Below the pieces are notes generated by a model, which saw nothing but the letters and a program-made list of their open reading frames with translations, did not search any database and was not told the DNA's origin. A program made the translations under genes and the position numbers. Of a stretch of 45,275 bases of DNA, positions 17,976-27,343 are shown in pieces (the first letter of the stretch is position 1; each line of letters starts with the position of its first letter). The DNA lies in contig DUKS01000029.1 of assembly GCA_013329215.1 (NCBI GenBank), forward strand, positions 426 through 45,700, written 5' to 3'. This DNA is from Nanobdellota archaeon (GTDB taxonomy: Archaea; Nanobdellota; Nanobdellia; SCGC-AAA011-G17; GW2011-AR17).

Positions 17976-18910
17976 TTCATGAGCCTCGCAAACTCATATA
18001 CAGAGTAAGGGTCTGTTCCGTACTGCCATTTCCTTAACGGGCATCCAAATTCAGAAGAGTTCTGCTCTTTGATTAAACCAAACAATCTTCCCGGAGAATG
18101 AAACATGGCTCTGTCATAGCGCGATGCCCCATCAGTTTCCTTAAGGCCCAGCCCGCTCATAAACACGCAGGGAATGACATAATCCTCCTTTGTTATTGTA
18201 GCCATCCTTCTCCCTGCGCTGCATCCGGATTTTGGAACCCCTGTTTCGATATACTCCTCTATGGAAAAGTCGGGCAGTGTTATGCTCAGGTTTTCGGCTT
18301 TCTTTTTTCTATGCATCTCCAGAAAAAGCCTGAAATAATCCTTCGGGGCTGGCATTATGCTGTTCTCTTTGACATTCCCTAATTCCTGGGCAAGGCTGAA
18401 ATTTACTCTAAGCCCGAAATGCGAGCAATAACCGATTACATCCATGACATTTTCAATATTATATTTGTTTATTGTCATTTTCATCAGGGGAGTGATACCG
18501 GCTGAGCCAAGATTTTTTACAGCGCATTCCAGCTTGCCAAAAGCGCCGCGCCCCCTTATGCTGTCATGATAACCTTCCATGCCATCAATGCTTATCTGCA
18601 CTGTTGAGGGCCCCGCGTCTGCCAGAAGCTCGGCACGCCTTTTGTCTATTAGTGTGCCGTTTGTCAGGAGGGCAACATCTATTCCATAATCCCTTGCGTG
18701 CTTTATCATGCCATAAACCTGGGGGTTAAGCAAGGGCTCCCCGCCTGTAAGCAGCAGCGTTTCAATGCCATTTTCATAAAATTCATCTATCCTGCTTAGG
18801 GCTTCTTCCCTGCTGATTTGGCTGTATTCCGAAGGCCCGCCCAAGTGGCAGTGCTTGCAGGACTGGTTGCAAGCCCCTGTAATTTCCCAATACAATGTGT
18901 CTATAGCCAT
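17972..18910 (-). CDS. Radical SAM enzyme with reduced SPASM/twitch domain (putative peptide maturase)
   Basis: WEITGACNQSCKHC, LTGGEPLL, LTNGTL, VQISIDG, HDSIRGRG; C-terminal CSAG..(x)..IPC and GCP...DPY. Confidence 0.9.
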   Translation of the reverse strand: MAIDTLYWEITGACNQSCKHCHLGGPSEYSQISREEALSRIDEFYENGIETLLLTGGEPLLNPQVYGMIKHARDYGIDVALLTNGTLIDKRRAELLADAGPSTVQISIDGMEGYHDSIRGRGAFGKLECAVKNLGSAGITPLMKMTINKYNIENVMDVIGYCSHFGLRVNFSLAQELGNVKENSIMPAPKDYFRLFLEMHRKKKAENLSITLPDFSIEEYIETGVPKSGCSAGRRMATITKEDYVIPCVFMSGLGLKETDGASRYDRAMFHSPGRLFGLIKEQNSSEFGCPLRKWQYGTDPYSVYEFARLMK

Positions 18911-18922
18911 TTTAGTCGTGCA

Positions 18923-19126
18923 TCAGGCAGGTATTGCGGCGCATTCCACATTTTTGGGCTTAATGTAAGCTTTGCAGTCTTCCATTACTCCCATGTATAT
19001 GCAGGGGATAGCTGCGCATTCCCGGTTTGTTGGCTCGTATTCCCAAACTTTAGCGGTTTGTACCGCAGGCTTGTTTTGTTTCGCTCTCTTCAGCTCGTCT
19101 CTTATTGTGTCTGCCAGTGTATTCAT
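18923..19126 (-). CDS. Putative RiPP precursor peptide with duplicated ECAAIP core
   Basis: 67 aa; SD GGAGGAG upstream; PxNxECAAIP occurs twice; stop lies 13 nt upstream of the radical SAM start. Confidence 0.75.
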   Translation of the reverse strand: MNTLADTIRDELKRAKQNKPAVQTAKVWEYEPTNRECAAIPCIYMGVMEDCKAYIKPKNVECAAIPA

Positions 19127-19204
19127 TTTTTTGTCTCCTCCGCAAATCCTGCTGGATTTTTGGAATAATGTATCCTTTCCGTGGGCTTATATAAGGCTAA
19201 TCCA

Positions 19205-19230
19205 TAGAGATTCTAGATATTCTAGATATG
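19205..19230. promoter_or_regulatory. Three 9-bp direct repeats TAGA(G/T)AT(TC), putative operator
   Basis: TAGAGATTC TAGATATTC TAGATATG lies between the two divergent TATA boxes. Confidence 0.45.
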
Positions 19231-19291
19231 CCGGGATTTGCCGCAAAGCCCATCAGAAACTATATAAAACAAAGCCTGCATCCTGTAAGAT

Positions 19292-20206
19292 ATGAAGCGC
19301 AATGTAATGCTCATGGGTGGCAAGACTTATGTTATTTCCCTTCCCGCCCCCTGGATAAAGAAGCACGGCATAAAGAAAGGCGAAGAGCTGGACGTGCAGG
19401 AAGAGGGCGGTCGTGTTGTGATAGAGAGTGGGAAAGGTGCGAAAATGCCTCGTCAGAGAAGAATAGATGTTTCTAATTTGCCGCCGCTTGTATATAGAAC
19501 AATGATAAGAGTATATGAGGAAGGATTTGATGAAATAGAGATAAAGTTTGATGATCCTGTGTCTATAAGCAAGCTTGAATCTGTATCTGATGCTCTTATA
19601 GGGCTTGAAATTGTAAAACAAGAACGGAATTCATGGATACTAAAAGTGATATCTGAAACCTCAAAAGAGGATTTTGAAAGTGTATTTAGGCGGTTATTCT
19701 ATCTCATCGAGGCTTTAGGTGATGAAACGCTTGATGCAGCCAAAAATGGAAATAAGACTGCCTTGCAGAAGTTGCTTGGCAAAGAGCACAATATTAACAA
19801 GTTTGCTTATTATGCATTAAGGCTTTTAAACAAATATGGCTATAAGGAAGGTTATAGAACACAAATGTTTTATTATATTCTCGAGCAATTGGAACGGATT
19901 GGTGATGTATATATAGAGCTGATAAATCTGCTTTTGAAATCAGACCTTAGACTAAAAAAAGAAATTGTTGATTTAGTGGGGAAGATAGTGGCTTTATTCC
20001 AAAAATGCCATATTGCTACATTTGAGCTTACAAAAGGGCATGCTGTGGACTGTTCTCTGCTGCATGAGACTATAAAAAAGAGGATTAATGATTCCTTGGA
20101 CACAAAGTCTGCCGAAGAGGTGAGAATATTACTTTGCTTAAGGGAGTTACGCTATGAGATTATAAGTATATTAGGGGCGCAATTAGCCCATATCAAGGAT
20201 ATGTAA
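19292..20206 (+). CDS. AbrB-domain/PhoU-domain regulator (phosphate uptake regulator family)
   Basis: N-terminal 'GGKTYVISLPAPWIKKHGIKKGEEL' and PhoU-like 'LERIGD'. Confidence 0.85.
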   Translation: MKRNVMLMGGKTYVISLPAPWIKKHGIKKGEELDVQEEGGRVVIESGKGAKMPRQRRIDVSNLPPLVYRTMIRVYEEGFDEIEIKFDDPVSISKLESVSDALIGLEIVKQERNSWILKVISETSKEDFESVFRRLFYLIEALGDETLDAAKNGNKTALQKLLGKEHNINKFAYYALRLLNKYGYKEGYRTQMFYYILEQLERIGDVYIELINLLLKSDLRLKKEIVDLVGKIVALFQKCHIATFELTKGHAVDCSLLHETIKKRINDSLDTKSAEEVRILLCLRELRYEIISILGAQLAHIKDM

Positions 20207-22297
20207 TAACTGTTTTGCCTTCCTAATATACCTGTCTCTTGCTTTTGGGCTGTAATAGCTTCGTTTTGGATTGTTGCATTTTTTGGCAAACAGCAAATTG
20301 ACGTAAATAGCTTCTTTCATGTATTGCTGCAGGGGATTATAATGGAATTCATTTCCCTCCGCTTCAGATTGGATTATGAAATAATCAATAAGCTCTTTTT
20401 TTGTGGAAATATCCAATTCCAATTCCTCTTGTTCAAGTAGGCTTACCAAGTCAAAGAAAGGGCTGGCGTAGCTTGCAGAAACCGGGTCTATTATAACCAC
20501 CCCGCTTTCCCCGGTATCTAAAACATTGCCTGTATGCGTATCACAATGGCAAAGTGTACGCCTTGTTTTGTCCAGCTCCCCTGCGATTTGTATCACCCGT
20601 TGCTTTCTCTTTTCATCCAGTTTAATTCTTGGCAATATCTTAACGCGCATTATGCCTGTATAATCATAATCTTCAAGACCTAAGCCATATTTACTATGCA
20701 TTTTCTTATCTCTCTTGCCTGTTGAATTAAAGGAGATAATTGCATCTATCACTTGCATAAGCTTTTTCTTTTTGAAATCTTTAAGCTGCTTCGGGGTGGG
20801 GGATTCTGCATCGCCAGTTTCTCCTGCATAAACTCTTGCCATATCCTCAAGTGAGCATGCCCTAAACTCTTGCTCCCGCTTGCCATTCCTGAAATTGTGT
20901 GCGAGTGTAGCGATAACATAAGCATCCCCCGCTTCAGTTACATGCACCCTTCCCTTGGGGAATGCCAACCCTTTGCAATTATCCCTGAGAAACTTAAGCA
21001 TTGCCACATGTTTTTGGGCAGCTTCTTCTGAAGGCTCTTTCTTGATTATAACATCACCATCTGTCAAAACTGCGGGATAGTTCGGATGTACTCCTGTTAG
21101 CTCAAAGCTTCCGATTTCTGCTTTTTTAACCAGTATTCTGTCAAATGCTTCCCTTGCTTTTGCCGCAATCTCCCTGTCTTCAGAGTCGTTGCTATTTTCA
21201 AGAATGAAGAGGCTGTAATAACATTTCATATTTAACGGGTCTAAAGCAATTTCTTCAAATATCATAGTGAGTTCATGGTCTCTGTCAAACCCTTCGGCCG
21301 AGTCATTCTGGGCATAACAGTGGCAAAAATCTAATACTCGATTAGATATGCGCCTTCTTACTGCAACCGACTCGGCAAACGCTTTTTTTTCTGGGGTGGC
21401 ATAATCCCGCCTGTAATCTCCATCAAATGGCGAAGGAGCAGGTATACATTCAAAATTGTTTCTTCTTTTTGTTGAAAACCTGAAAGTGGCATACGCGGGG
21501 CTCCGATGCCTAAATGGGATATATTCTGAATACTCGATTCCATCAGGGTTATTCCTGCTTTTCATTAGTTCTAAAGCGGATAGGGTTGCTTTACTGCTAT
21601 TGCCTAAATCTCTTAAACAGAGATGAAGGGTTGCAAGAGACATATTTGCTGTAAATAAAACATGCTCTGCTTCTGAAATATCCCATTTGTCGGGGTTATT
21701 TTCCTTGCACCACTCAATAAACTCTTGTGCTTCAGTTTTTAATAGTTCATAGAAGGTGATTGCATTGCCGAAGACGCCAAAACTATCTTCTTTAGGATAT
21801 TTTTGGAACAATATTATATCTGCTATACTTTCATAAGCATCCATGAGAAAAATCCTTCTTATTCTTTCATTAATTGCATCTGTTTCTCTCTTTTCAAAAC
21901 AGTTTGAAGCTAGTCCAAAATATGCCCTTAAGGCATATAGATCTTTTCTTTCGGATATATCCGTCTGGTACTCTGGAGAACCAATAAATATCTGCGCCCT
22001 AAGCTTATCACGCGTTGCATCTTTAAACATAGAGAGCGCATTTTTAATCCTTTCAGATAACCCATCTTCGCGTCCTGTAATCCGAATATGCGGATTTTTA
22101 AAAAATTCATCTGATTCTAATTCTCTTATCTCTTTTTGCATCCTGCCTTTATGGGCACGATATGCTTCTAGAACCGGGTTTGTTTTGGGGTGCTGCAAAG
22201 CACCAACAGTTATGGGAGATTCTCTATCTGTTGAGGTTGCCAATTGAACTGCGAATAAATTTTCTATTCCTTTTTTAAGTATGTCATCGATTCCCAT
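20183..22297 (-). CDS. Large helical protein with C-terminal APH/choline-kinase-like phosphotransferase domain
   Basis: Brenner-like 'LCHCDTHTGNVL', 'VIIDP' and 'PFFDLVSLL'; TPR-like helical N-terminal part; AT-rich. Confidence 0.7.
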   Translation of the reverse strand: MGIDDILKKGIENLFAVQLATSTDRESPITVGALQHPKTNPVLEAYRAHKGRMQKEIRELESDEFFKNPHIRITGREDGLSERIKNALSMFKDATRDKLRAQIFIGSPEYQTDISERKDLYALRAYFGLASNCFEKRETDAINERIRRIFLMDAYESIADIILFQKYPKEDSFGVFGNAITFYELLKTEAQEFIEWCKENNPDKWDISEAEHVLFTANMSLATLHLCLRDLGNSSKATLSALELMKSRNNPDGIEYSEYIPFRHRSPAYATFRFSTKRRNNFECIPAPSPFDGDYRRDYATPEKKAFAESVAVRRRISNRVLDFCHCYAQNDSAEGFDRDHELTMIFEEIALDPLNMKCYYSLFILENSNDSEDREIAAKAREAFDRILVKKAEIGSFELTGVHPNYPAVLTDGDVIIKKEPSEEAAQKHVAMLKFLRDNCKGLAFPKGRVHVTEAGDAYVIATLAHNFRNGKREQEFRACSLEDMARVYAGETGDAESPTPKQLKDFKKKKLMQVIDAIISFNSTGKRDKKMHSKYGLGLEDYDYTGIMRVKILPRIKLDEKRKQRVIQIAGELDKTRRTLCHCDTHTGNVLDTGESGVVIIDPVSASYASPFFDLVSLLEQEELELDISTKKELIDYFIIQSEAEGNEFHYNPLQQYMKEAIYVNLLFAKKCNNPKRSYYSPKARDRYIRKAKQLLHILDMG

Positions 22298-22599
22298 TTG
22301 CTTTTGCTCTTTTTGGCTAATAATGATTCTTTATTGGTTATCTCCCTATATTTAAACATTACTATACAGTGGTTATTACATTCTATAGGAACGCGAATGA
22401 AAATAGACCCCATTTTGGTCTATAAGACCCATCCATAAGGGTTATAAACCTGCAGATTACGCCTTTATAGCCGGTTTAAAGCCAGTTTATGGGAAGCCGA
22501 AAGCTTTATATAGGGGTTAGTATCACTATATAGTAACAAATATTAAAACTGAACGGGTTTTTCCGGACCTGCAAAAAACCGGGAGGGGGTAAAACAAAA

Positions 22600-23424
22600 A
22601 TGGCAGACGAAAAAAAGAAAGATGATAAAAAGGCGAAGGACCAGCCTAAGCCGAAAGCACCGGAACAGCCTAAGGTTGCTGACAAAAAGGCAGTTCTTGA
22701 AAAGGCAGGAGACGCTATAAACGCGTTTGATGCTTCAAGGGAAACTCTTGAAACAAAGCTTAGGGGCAAAGTTCCTGAGCTGCTTGACAAAGAGATAGGC
22801 AATGTAGTGCAGACACGTACGAAATTCGTTAAAGCTTTCCAGAGGGGGTTAACACAATACCTTCATGGCGTTACGGATGAATTAGGTGTTGTAACCGCGC
22901 CCCATGCTGAGTTTGGAGAGGGATTGAGAGCCGCTGCATATAAGGCATTCGGCACAGCTTTGGGCATTAAGAATGATGACATAAAAGCGCTTGGCGTCAC
23001 TGCAAAAATAGGAGAAAAACAGCCTGCCTCTGCAATGGCATACAGGCTTCTGTTCCAAACAATGACTGGCGTTGACATGGAAGATTTGGTCGAAGGATAC
23101 CAAGATGAAGAACAGATTTTGGATGATGCAGTGCAGCAGGACGTGATGAAACCTCTTGTTGAAGCATCAACGAAATACCTCTTGAGGGATAGCGCAGACA
23201 AGATGGTGGCTGCAAACAAGAGCAATGACAAGTTGACTGCTGACATAACAGCGCTGTGCAATATTGCAGGCATGAAGGTAAATCCGAAAGACATGCTGAC
23301 TCCTAACCAGAGGGGCCAAATGTACGCGCAAGCCTTAGCACAGGTCATGAGCCAGTACGGTCATGAGTACCTGCCGGTTTACGGCAAGGCAGGCAAGAAA
23401 AGCGAAGCTAAGCCGAAGGCTTAA
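22600..23424 (+). CDS. Hypothetical helical protein with Lys/Pro-rich termini
   Basis: 274-aa ORF; SD GGAGGGGGT; followed by a T-rich terminator. Confidence 0.75.
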   Translation: MADEKKKDDKKAKDQPKPKAPEQPKVADKKAVLEKAGDAINAFDASRETLETKLRGKVPELLDKEIGNVVQTRTKFVKAFQRGLTQYLHGVTDELGVVTAPHAEFGEGLRAAAYKAFGTALGIKNDDIKALGVTAKIGEKQPASAMAYRLLFQTMTGVDMEDLVEGYQDEEQILDDAVQQDVMKPLVEASTKYLLRDSADKMVAANKSNDKLTADITALCNIAGMKVNPKDMLTPNQRGQMYAQALAQVMSQYGHEYLPVYGKAGKKSEAKPKA

Positions 23425-23431
23425 AAGCCTC

Positions 23432-23448
23432 TCTTTTTTTCTTTTTTT
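23432..23448 (+). terminator. Oligo-T archaeal-type terminator
   Basis: TCTTTTTTTCTTTTTTT immediately after the stop codon. Confidence 0.45.
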
Positions 23449-23472
23449 GAATTAGTTTAATCCGAGGTAAAA

Positions 23473-24690
23473 ATGAAACTCCTTGCAGCAGCGGATCCGC
23501 ATGTAAAAGGTGCGGAAAATCTGGATTATCTTGAGGCATTTTACGAGTTTGCAAAAACAAGAAACCCGGATGCAATAGCGCTGCTTGGCGATTTGTCAGA
23601 GCAAGGCATAGAAGACCCTGCGGTTGCGAGGGTGCACAATGACCTTTTTACAAGGATAATGCCTGTTGTAGAGCGCAGCATACCGCTCAAATACGGCATG
23701 ATTCTTAATAATCTCTCGCCCTATCAAGTTATTTGCCAAACGCCTGCAATTGCAGAGTATATAGCAAAAATAAGTCCACATGGTTGGCATGAACGATGGA
23801 AGGGTGTTGCACAGAGCTACCTTGAAATATTAAGCCTCATATCGCATGAAATGCGGCTTTCTTACATACCTATTGCAGATGTTCTTAAAACACAGCGCAG
23901 CAAAACGCTTGTAATACCCGGCAACAAGGACCTGGATTTGGAAACAACTGTAATGAAAGAGGCTGACGTGCACAAGCAGTCAAGGATAATCAAAGGATTC
24001 AAACTAAGCGGTTACGGCGGTGCGGCAAGGAGTGATGGCATGCCTTTGCCAAAAGGGTGCCCTTCAGAGCTTACAGCATCCTTCAATGAATTTCCGAGTA
24101 TGAATTGGGCGGAAAGGGAAGGCGATGTTGGAAGCGCGGAGCCGGTGCTTGTTTCAGAGCCGAGGGATTTCCTTGGCGAGGAAGAGCCGGACATTGCCTT
24201 GCTGCACACCCCCTTATATGGCATACTTGATGTGCCTGAAGCATTGCAAAAAGGGGAAGTGCCGGAAGGTCACTTCGGGGATGTGCATTTCGGAAGCCCC
24301 GGTATACTGGAATATGCAAGGACGGGAAAGACGCGGCTGTTCCTTGCAGGGCATACGCACGTGGCCGGGCTTCAGGAAGTAAGGGCCGAAGGGGGCAGGT
24401 TGGTTGTTGCATTAAGCCCGGGCTGCCTTGGGAAAACAGAAGTGGAAGGCGGGAACTTTGCAGAGATTGAGCTTAATGATGAAACAAAGGAAATGGATGT
24501 TGCAAGGTTTTACCAGATAATGCCCCACACAATGGCTGTTGTGCCTACTGCGCTTTACATAAGGCGGGGGCGTGTAATAGACCCGATAGCTGTTACAAGC
24601 GTTATGCCTCCTGCGGGCGGAAGGATTCTCACAACTGACGAGATGGTTTTTAATGCGGCAAGGGCTGCACTTATTGAAATAGGGAGGTAA
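23473..24690 (+). CDS. Calcineurin-like metallophosphoesterase
   Basis: Motifs ADPH, LGDL, PGNKD, LHTPLYG, AGHTH, SPG. Confidence 0.85.
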   Translation: MKLLAAADPHVKGAENLDYLEAFYEFAKTRNPDAIALLGDLSEQGIEDPAVARVHNDLFTRIMPVVERSIPLKYGMILNNLSPYQVICQTPAIAEYIAKISPHGWHERWKGVAQSYLEILSLISHEMRLSYIPIADVLKTQRSKTLVIPGNKDLDLETTVMKEADVHKQSRIIKGFKLSGYGGAARSDGMPLPKGCPSELTASFNEFPSMNWAEREGDVGSAEPVLVSEPRDFLGEEEPDIALLHTPLYGILDVPEALQKGEVPEGHFGDVHFGSPGILEYARTGKTRLFLAGHTHVAGLQEVRAEGGRLVVALSPGCLGKTEVEGGNFAEIELNDETKEMDVARFYQIMPHTMAVVPTALYIRRGRVIDPIAVTSVMPPAGGRILTTDEMVFNAARAALIEIGR

Positions 24691-24691
24691 G

Positions 24692-25351
24692 ATGCCTTAC
24701 TACCTGCTTGACAAATGCCCCGAACATAAGTTGAATGAAGTTGGAGATTTATGCGAACGTGCAGGGCTTAAAGAGAACGTTCATGAACCGCCAAGAAGGG
24801 AATGGGAAGCAGCCATACATAGTTTGATATATATTGTTGCATATAATCCCGGAGCGGAATCCCCTCTCTTAGTCCAGTCGAACGCAGGCATGGACCATAC
24901 AGAGCCGCACATAAAGAGGTTTCTGAGGCATATTGTGCGTATAACTGGTGCAGAATGGGTTTGCAGGTGGCAGGGTGATAATGCGCCCGCAATAGGCAGG
25001 GAGCAGCTTGAACTAAGCCAAGAAGAAATAAGAGCACTTTACCGGGATGCCTTATCCTCCCTTACAACATATTCCGGACTGATTGAGGAAGACCTGAGCC
25101 TTATTGAAAGGGTTGCATTAAGAAGGACTGCTGTTGGGGTGTTTGAGGGAAATGTAGATGAAGGGATAACGAGAGTGACTGATAAAGCTGAGGCTGTTGC
25201 ACGGTTCATGCACCAATATTATAACTTTTTGCCCTCTTTTGACGATAGGATAATGTTGGAATATTGGAGACGGGATGCGAATACACGGCATGGCTTTGAC
25301 GTCCTGCGCGAGCATTTCCGGATTAAAAGCCGGGAATATCATAAGCCTTAG
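24692..25351 (+). CDS. Hypothetical protein
   Basis: 219-aa ORF coupled to the phosphoesterase; SD GGAGGT. Confidence 0.65.
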   Translation: MPYYLLDKCPEHKLNEVGDLCERAGLKENVHEPPRREWEAAIHSLIYIVAYNPGAESPLLVQSNAGMDHTEPHIKRFLRHIVRITGAEWVCRWQGDNAPAIGREQLELSQEEIRALYRDALSSLTTYSGLIEEDLSLIERVALRRTAVGVFEGNVDEGITRVTDKAEAVARFMHQYYNFLPSFDDRIMLEYWRRDANTRHGFDVLREHFRIKSREYHKP

Positions 25352-25429
25352 GTATAGAATCTATTGAGATAATCCTTTTATACTTGCTATTCGGGCATTG
25401 ATTTATGGACAACACCCAAAGCCTTATAA

Positions 25430-25445
25430 GTAAGAAAATTCTTAC
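25430..25445. promoter_or_regulatory. Palindromic operator GTAAGAA-AA-TTCTTAC of the AbrB/MazF TA operon
   Basis: Perfect 7-bp inverted repeat between the TATA box and the antitoxin start. Confidence 0.55.
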
Positions 25446-25455
25446 ATTATGTGAT

Positions 25456-25713
25456 ATGGCGCTTACAACTGTGAAAGTTTCAAACAAAGGGCAGATAGCA
25501 ATACCTGCCTCTGTACGGGAAGAAATCGGGGTAAAGGAAGGGGATACTCTTGTCCTATTCAATGTAGGCAACAGAATCCTGCTTGAAAGGGCGGGGGATG
25601 TTGAAAAAGCGATGAAGGACGACATGAAAGATATCGCAAAGCTCAGCGAAACCTCACTGAAAAAGCTTTGGGGCAATAAGAAGGATGATGTTTGGGGCAG
25701 GTACCTGAAATGA
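25456..25713 (+). CDS. AbrB/MazE/SpoVT-family antitoxin
   Basis: VKVSNKGQIAIPASVREEIGVKEGD; start reassigned to ATG 25456. Confidence 0.88.
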   Translation: MALTTVKVSNKGQIAIPASVREEIGVKEGDTLVLFNVGNRILLERAGDVEKAMKDDMKDIAKLSETSLKKLWGNKKDDVWGRYLK

Positions 25714-26045
25714 GGCTGATGCAGAGAGACATAGTGCTTCTTCCGTTTCCATTCTCTGATATGGAGGGCAGTAAGGTAAGGCCTGCGCTTATTATTTCAA
25801 ATGACAATTTTAACGAAAGCCCGGCTGATTGCATAATGCTTCCCTTGACAAGCGTGATAAAGCCAGATGCCTGCTCAATCATATTAAGCCCTGAAGACCT
25901 TGCAGCAGGAGATCTGCTTAAAAAGAGCAGGGTAAAAGTGGATAAGGCATTCTCTGTTGAAAAAGGGCTTGTATTGATGAAGATAGGCAGCTTAGGCAAT
26001 GCAAAATTCAGTGAAATAAAAGGCTTGTTCTTCAGCCTGTTTTGA
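25710..26045 (+). CDS. PemK/MazF-family toxin
   Basis: QRDIVLLPFPFSDMEGSKVRPALIISND; ATGA overlap with the antitoxin. Confidence 0.9.
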   Translation: MRLMQRDIVLLPFPFSDMEGSKVRPALIISNDNFNESPADCIMLPLTSVIKPDACSIILSPEDLAAGDLLKKSRVKVDKAFSVEKGLVLMKIGSLGNAKFSEIKGLFFSLF

Positions 26046-26050
26046 AAGAG

Positions 26051-26143
26051 TTATAGTAAAAGTCTTTAATAATCGTACAAATAGTAAAGACTTTTACTGA
26101 TAGCAAAACCCATTATTTGCCTTGTAAAAGACTTTTACTATAA
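26051..26143. mobile_element. 93-bp MITE-like element with 17-bp terminal inverted repeats
   Basis: TTATAGTAAAAGTCTTT (26051-26067) and AAAGACTTTTACTATAA (26127-26143), plus an internal copy of the right end at 26085-26098. Confidence 0.55.
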
Positions 26144-26421
26144 TTTGCAAAGCAGGAATAATACATATTAATGCCGGAGGCCAGCCTTCCTGATTTTGCA
26201 TTCGCCGGATTTTCCCTCGTCAAAATATTTGCCATCCGGAATTTCCGGAAATTCTTCACAATCCTGCCCTTTTTCTGAAAACTTTCCGAAATCGCTGTGT
26301 GTTTTTCCTAAACTTCTGAAAATCCAGACGTTTTTTTTCAGCAATTCTTATTAAAAAGCATGTTTGTGCAAACCTCAGGCGGTTGCTTTGGTGTATGCCG
26401 GAGCAAAAGCAGGAGGAAAAC

Positions 26422-26652
26422 ATGAGAAGCGATTGGAGTGATGCGGGTTTTGAGCAAATGTGCCAGGAGCACCAAAGGGACTATTATGAAAAAAGAGTCA
26501 GGGAAATGGATGAGGATCTTAAAGAAAGATACGGCATAGGCCGGAGCAAGTTCCTTAACAGGTTCAACCCGAGGCTTGACGAGTATATGGAAGAATTTGA
26601 GCGAAGAAGGTCGGAAATAGACCGCGAAGTAAACTTCTCGGATTGGTTTTAG
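26422..26652 (+). CDS. Small charged hypothetical protein
   Basis: SD GGAGG before ATG 26422; Glu/Arg-rich. Confidence 0.5.
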   Translation: MRSDWSDAGFEQMCQEHQRDYYEKRVREMDEDLKERYGIGRSKFLNRFNPRLDEYMEEFERRRSEIDREVNFSDWF

Positions 26653-26657
26653 GGACA

Positions 26658-26789
26658 ATGGCAGGCTATACTGGCTATTTTCTTTTTTTTATATTCTTTA
26701 TAATGTTTGCAATGTCCTTCTGGAGCTATCAATCGTTTGGGCTGGCTTCATTGGGGCTTGCACTGCTCTGCTATCTGGGGGGAGAATGA
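26658..26789 (+). CDS. 43-aa hydrophobic membrane peptide
   Basis: Hand translation MAGYTGYFLFFIFFIMFAMSFWSYQSFGLASLGLALLCYLGGE. Confidence 0.4.
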   Translation: MAGYTGYFLFFIFFIMFAMSFWSYQSFGLASLGLALLCYLGGE

Positions 26790-26873
26790 GGCAGTTAACA
26801 GAAATAGTAAGGGAAGAGAAAGACCCTGTGTATCTTATGCTGAAGAAAAAATCATATTGGCGGGTAATAAACT

Positions 26874-27311
26874 ATGAAAAAGCGCATTGAATCAGATGAG
26901 TGCATAAACAGGGGGAGTTTGATAGAGACCGGGGTGCCTGACAAGGCAATGGCAATGGAAATCCTGGCAGTTGCAGAGCACAGGGAGAAGTTCTGGAAAG
27001 AGGCAAACCTTGCGCACAAATACTCCTCTTTATATCTCGAAGGGCATTATGAGATAATAAAAGAGCTATGCACCGCAATACTTGCTGCTGAAGGCTGGAA
27101 GGCATTGGACCATGAATGCATGTTTGCGTTTATCCGAAAAAAGAAAGATTTCGGCCTGGACTTTGATTATCTTCTTGAGCTGAAAGAGCTAAGGAATGGC
27201 ATTGATTACAGGGGATTGATGGTAAGCAAAGACTTATGGAAATGCAATGAGCTGCGGATAATGCTTGCAATTGATGCCTTAAAAGGGTATCTTAAGCAAA
27301 TAACAGCGTAA
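26874..27311 (+). CDS. HEPN-like domain protein (putative toxin)
   Basis: 'YEIIKELCTAIL...DHEC' and an R-x4-Y variant motif RNGIDYRG; adjacent to an MNT gene. Confidence 0.65.
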   Translation: MKKRIESDECINRGSLIETGVPDKAMAMEILAVAEHREKFWKEANLAHKYSSLYLEGHYEIIKELCTAILAAEGWKALDHECMFAFIRKKKDFGLDFDYLLELKELRNGIDYRGLMVSKDLWKCNELRIMLAIDALKGYLKQITA

Positions 27312-27343
27312 TGCTTATAAACGTAGGAATAATATCCTACAAT

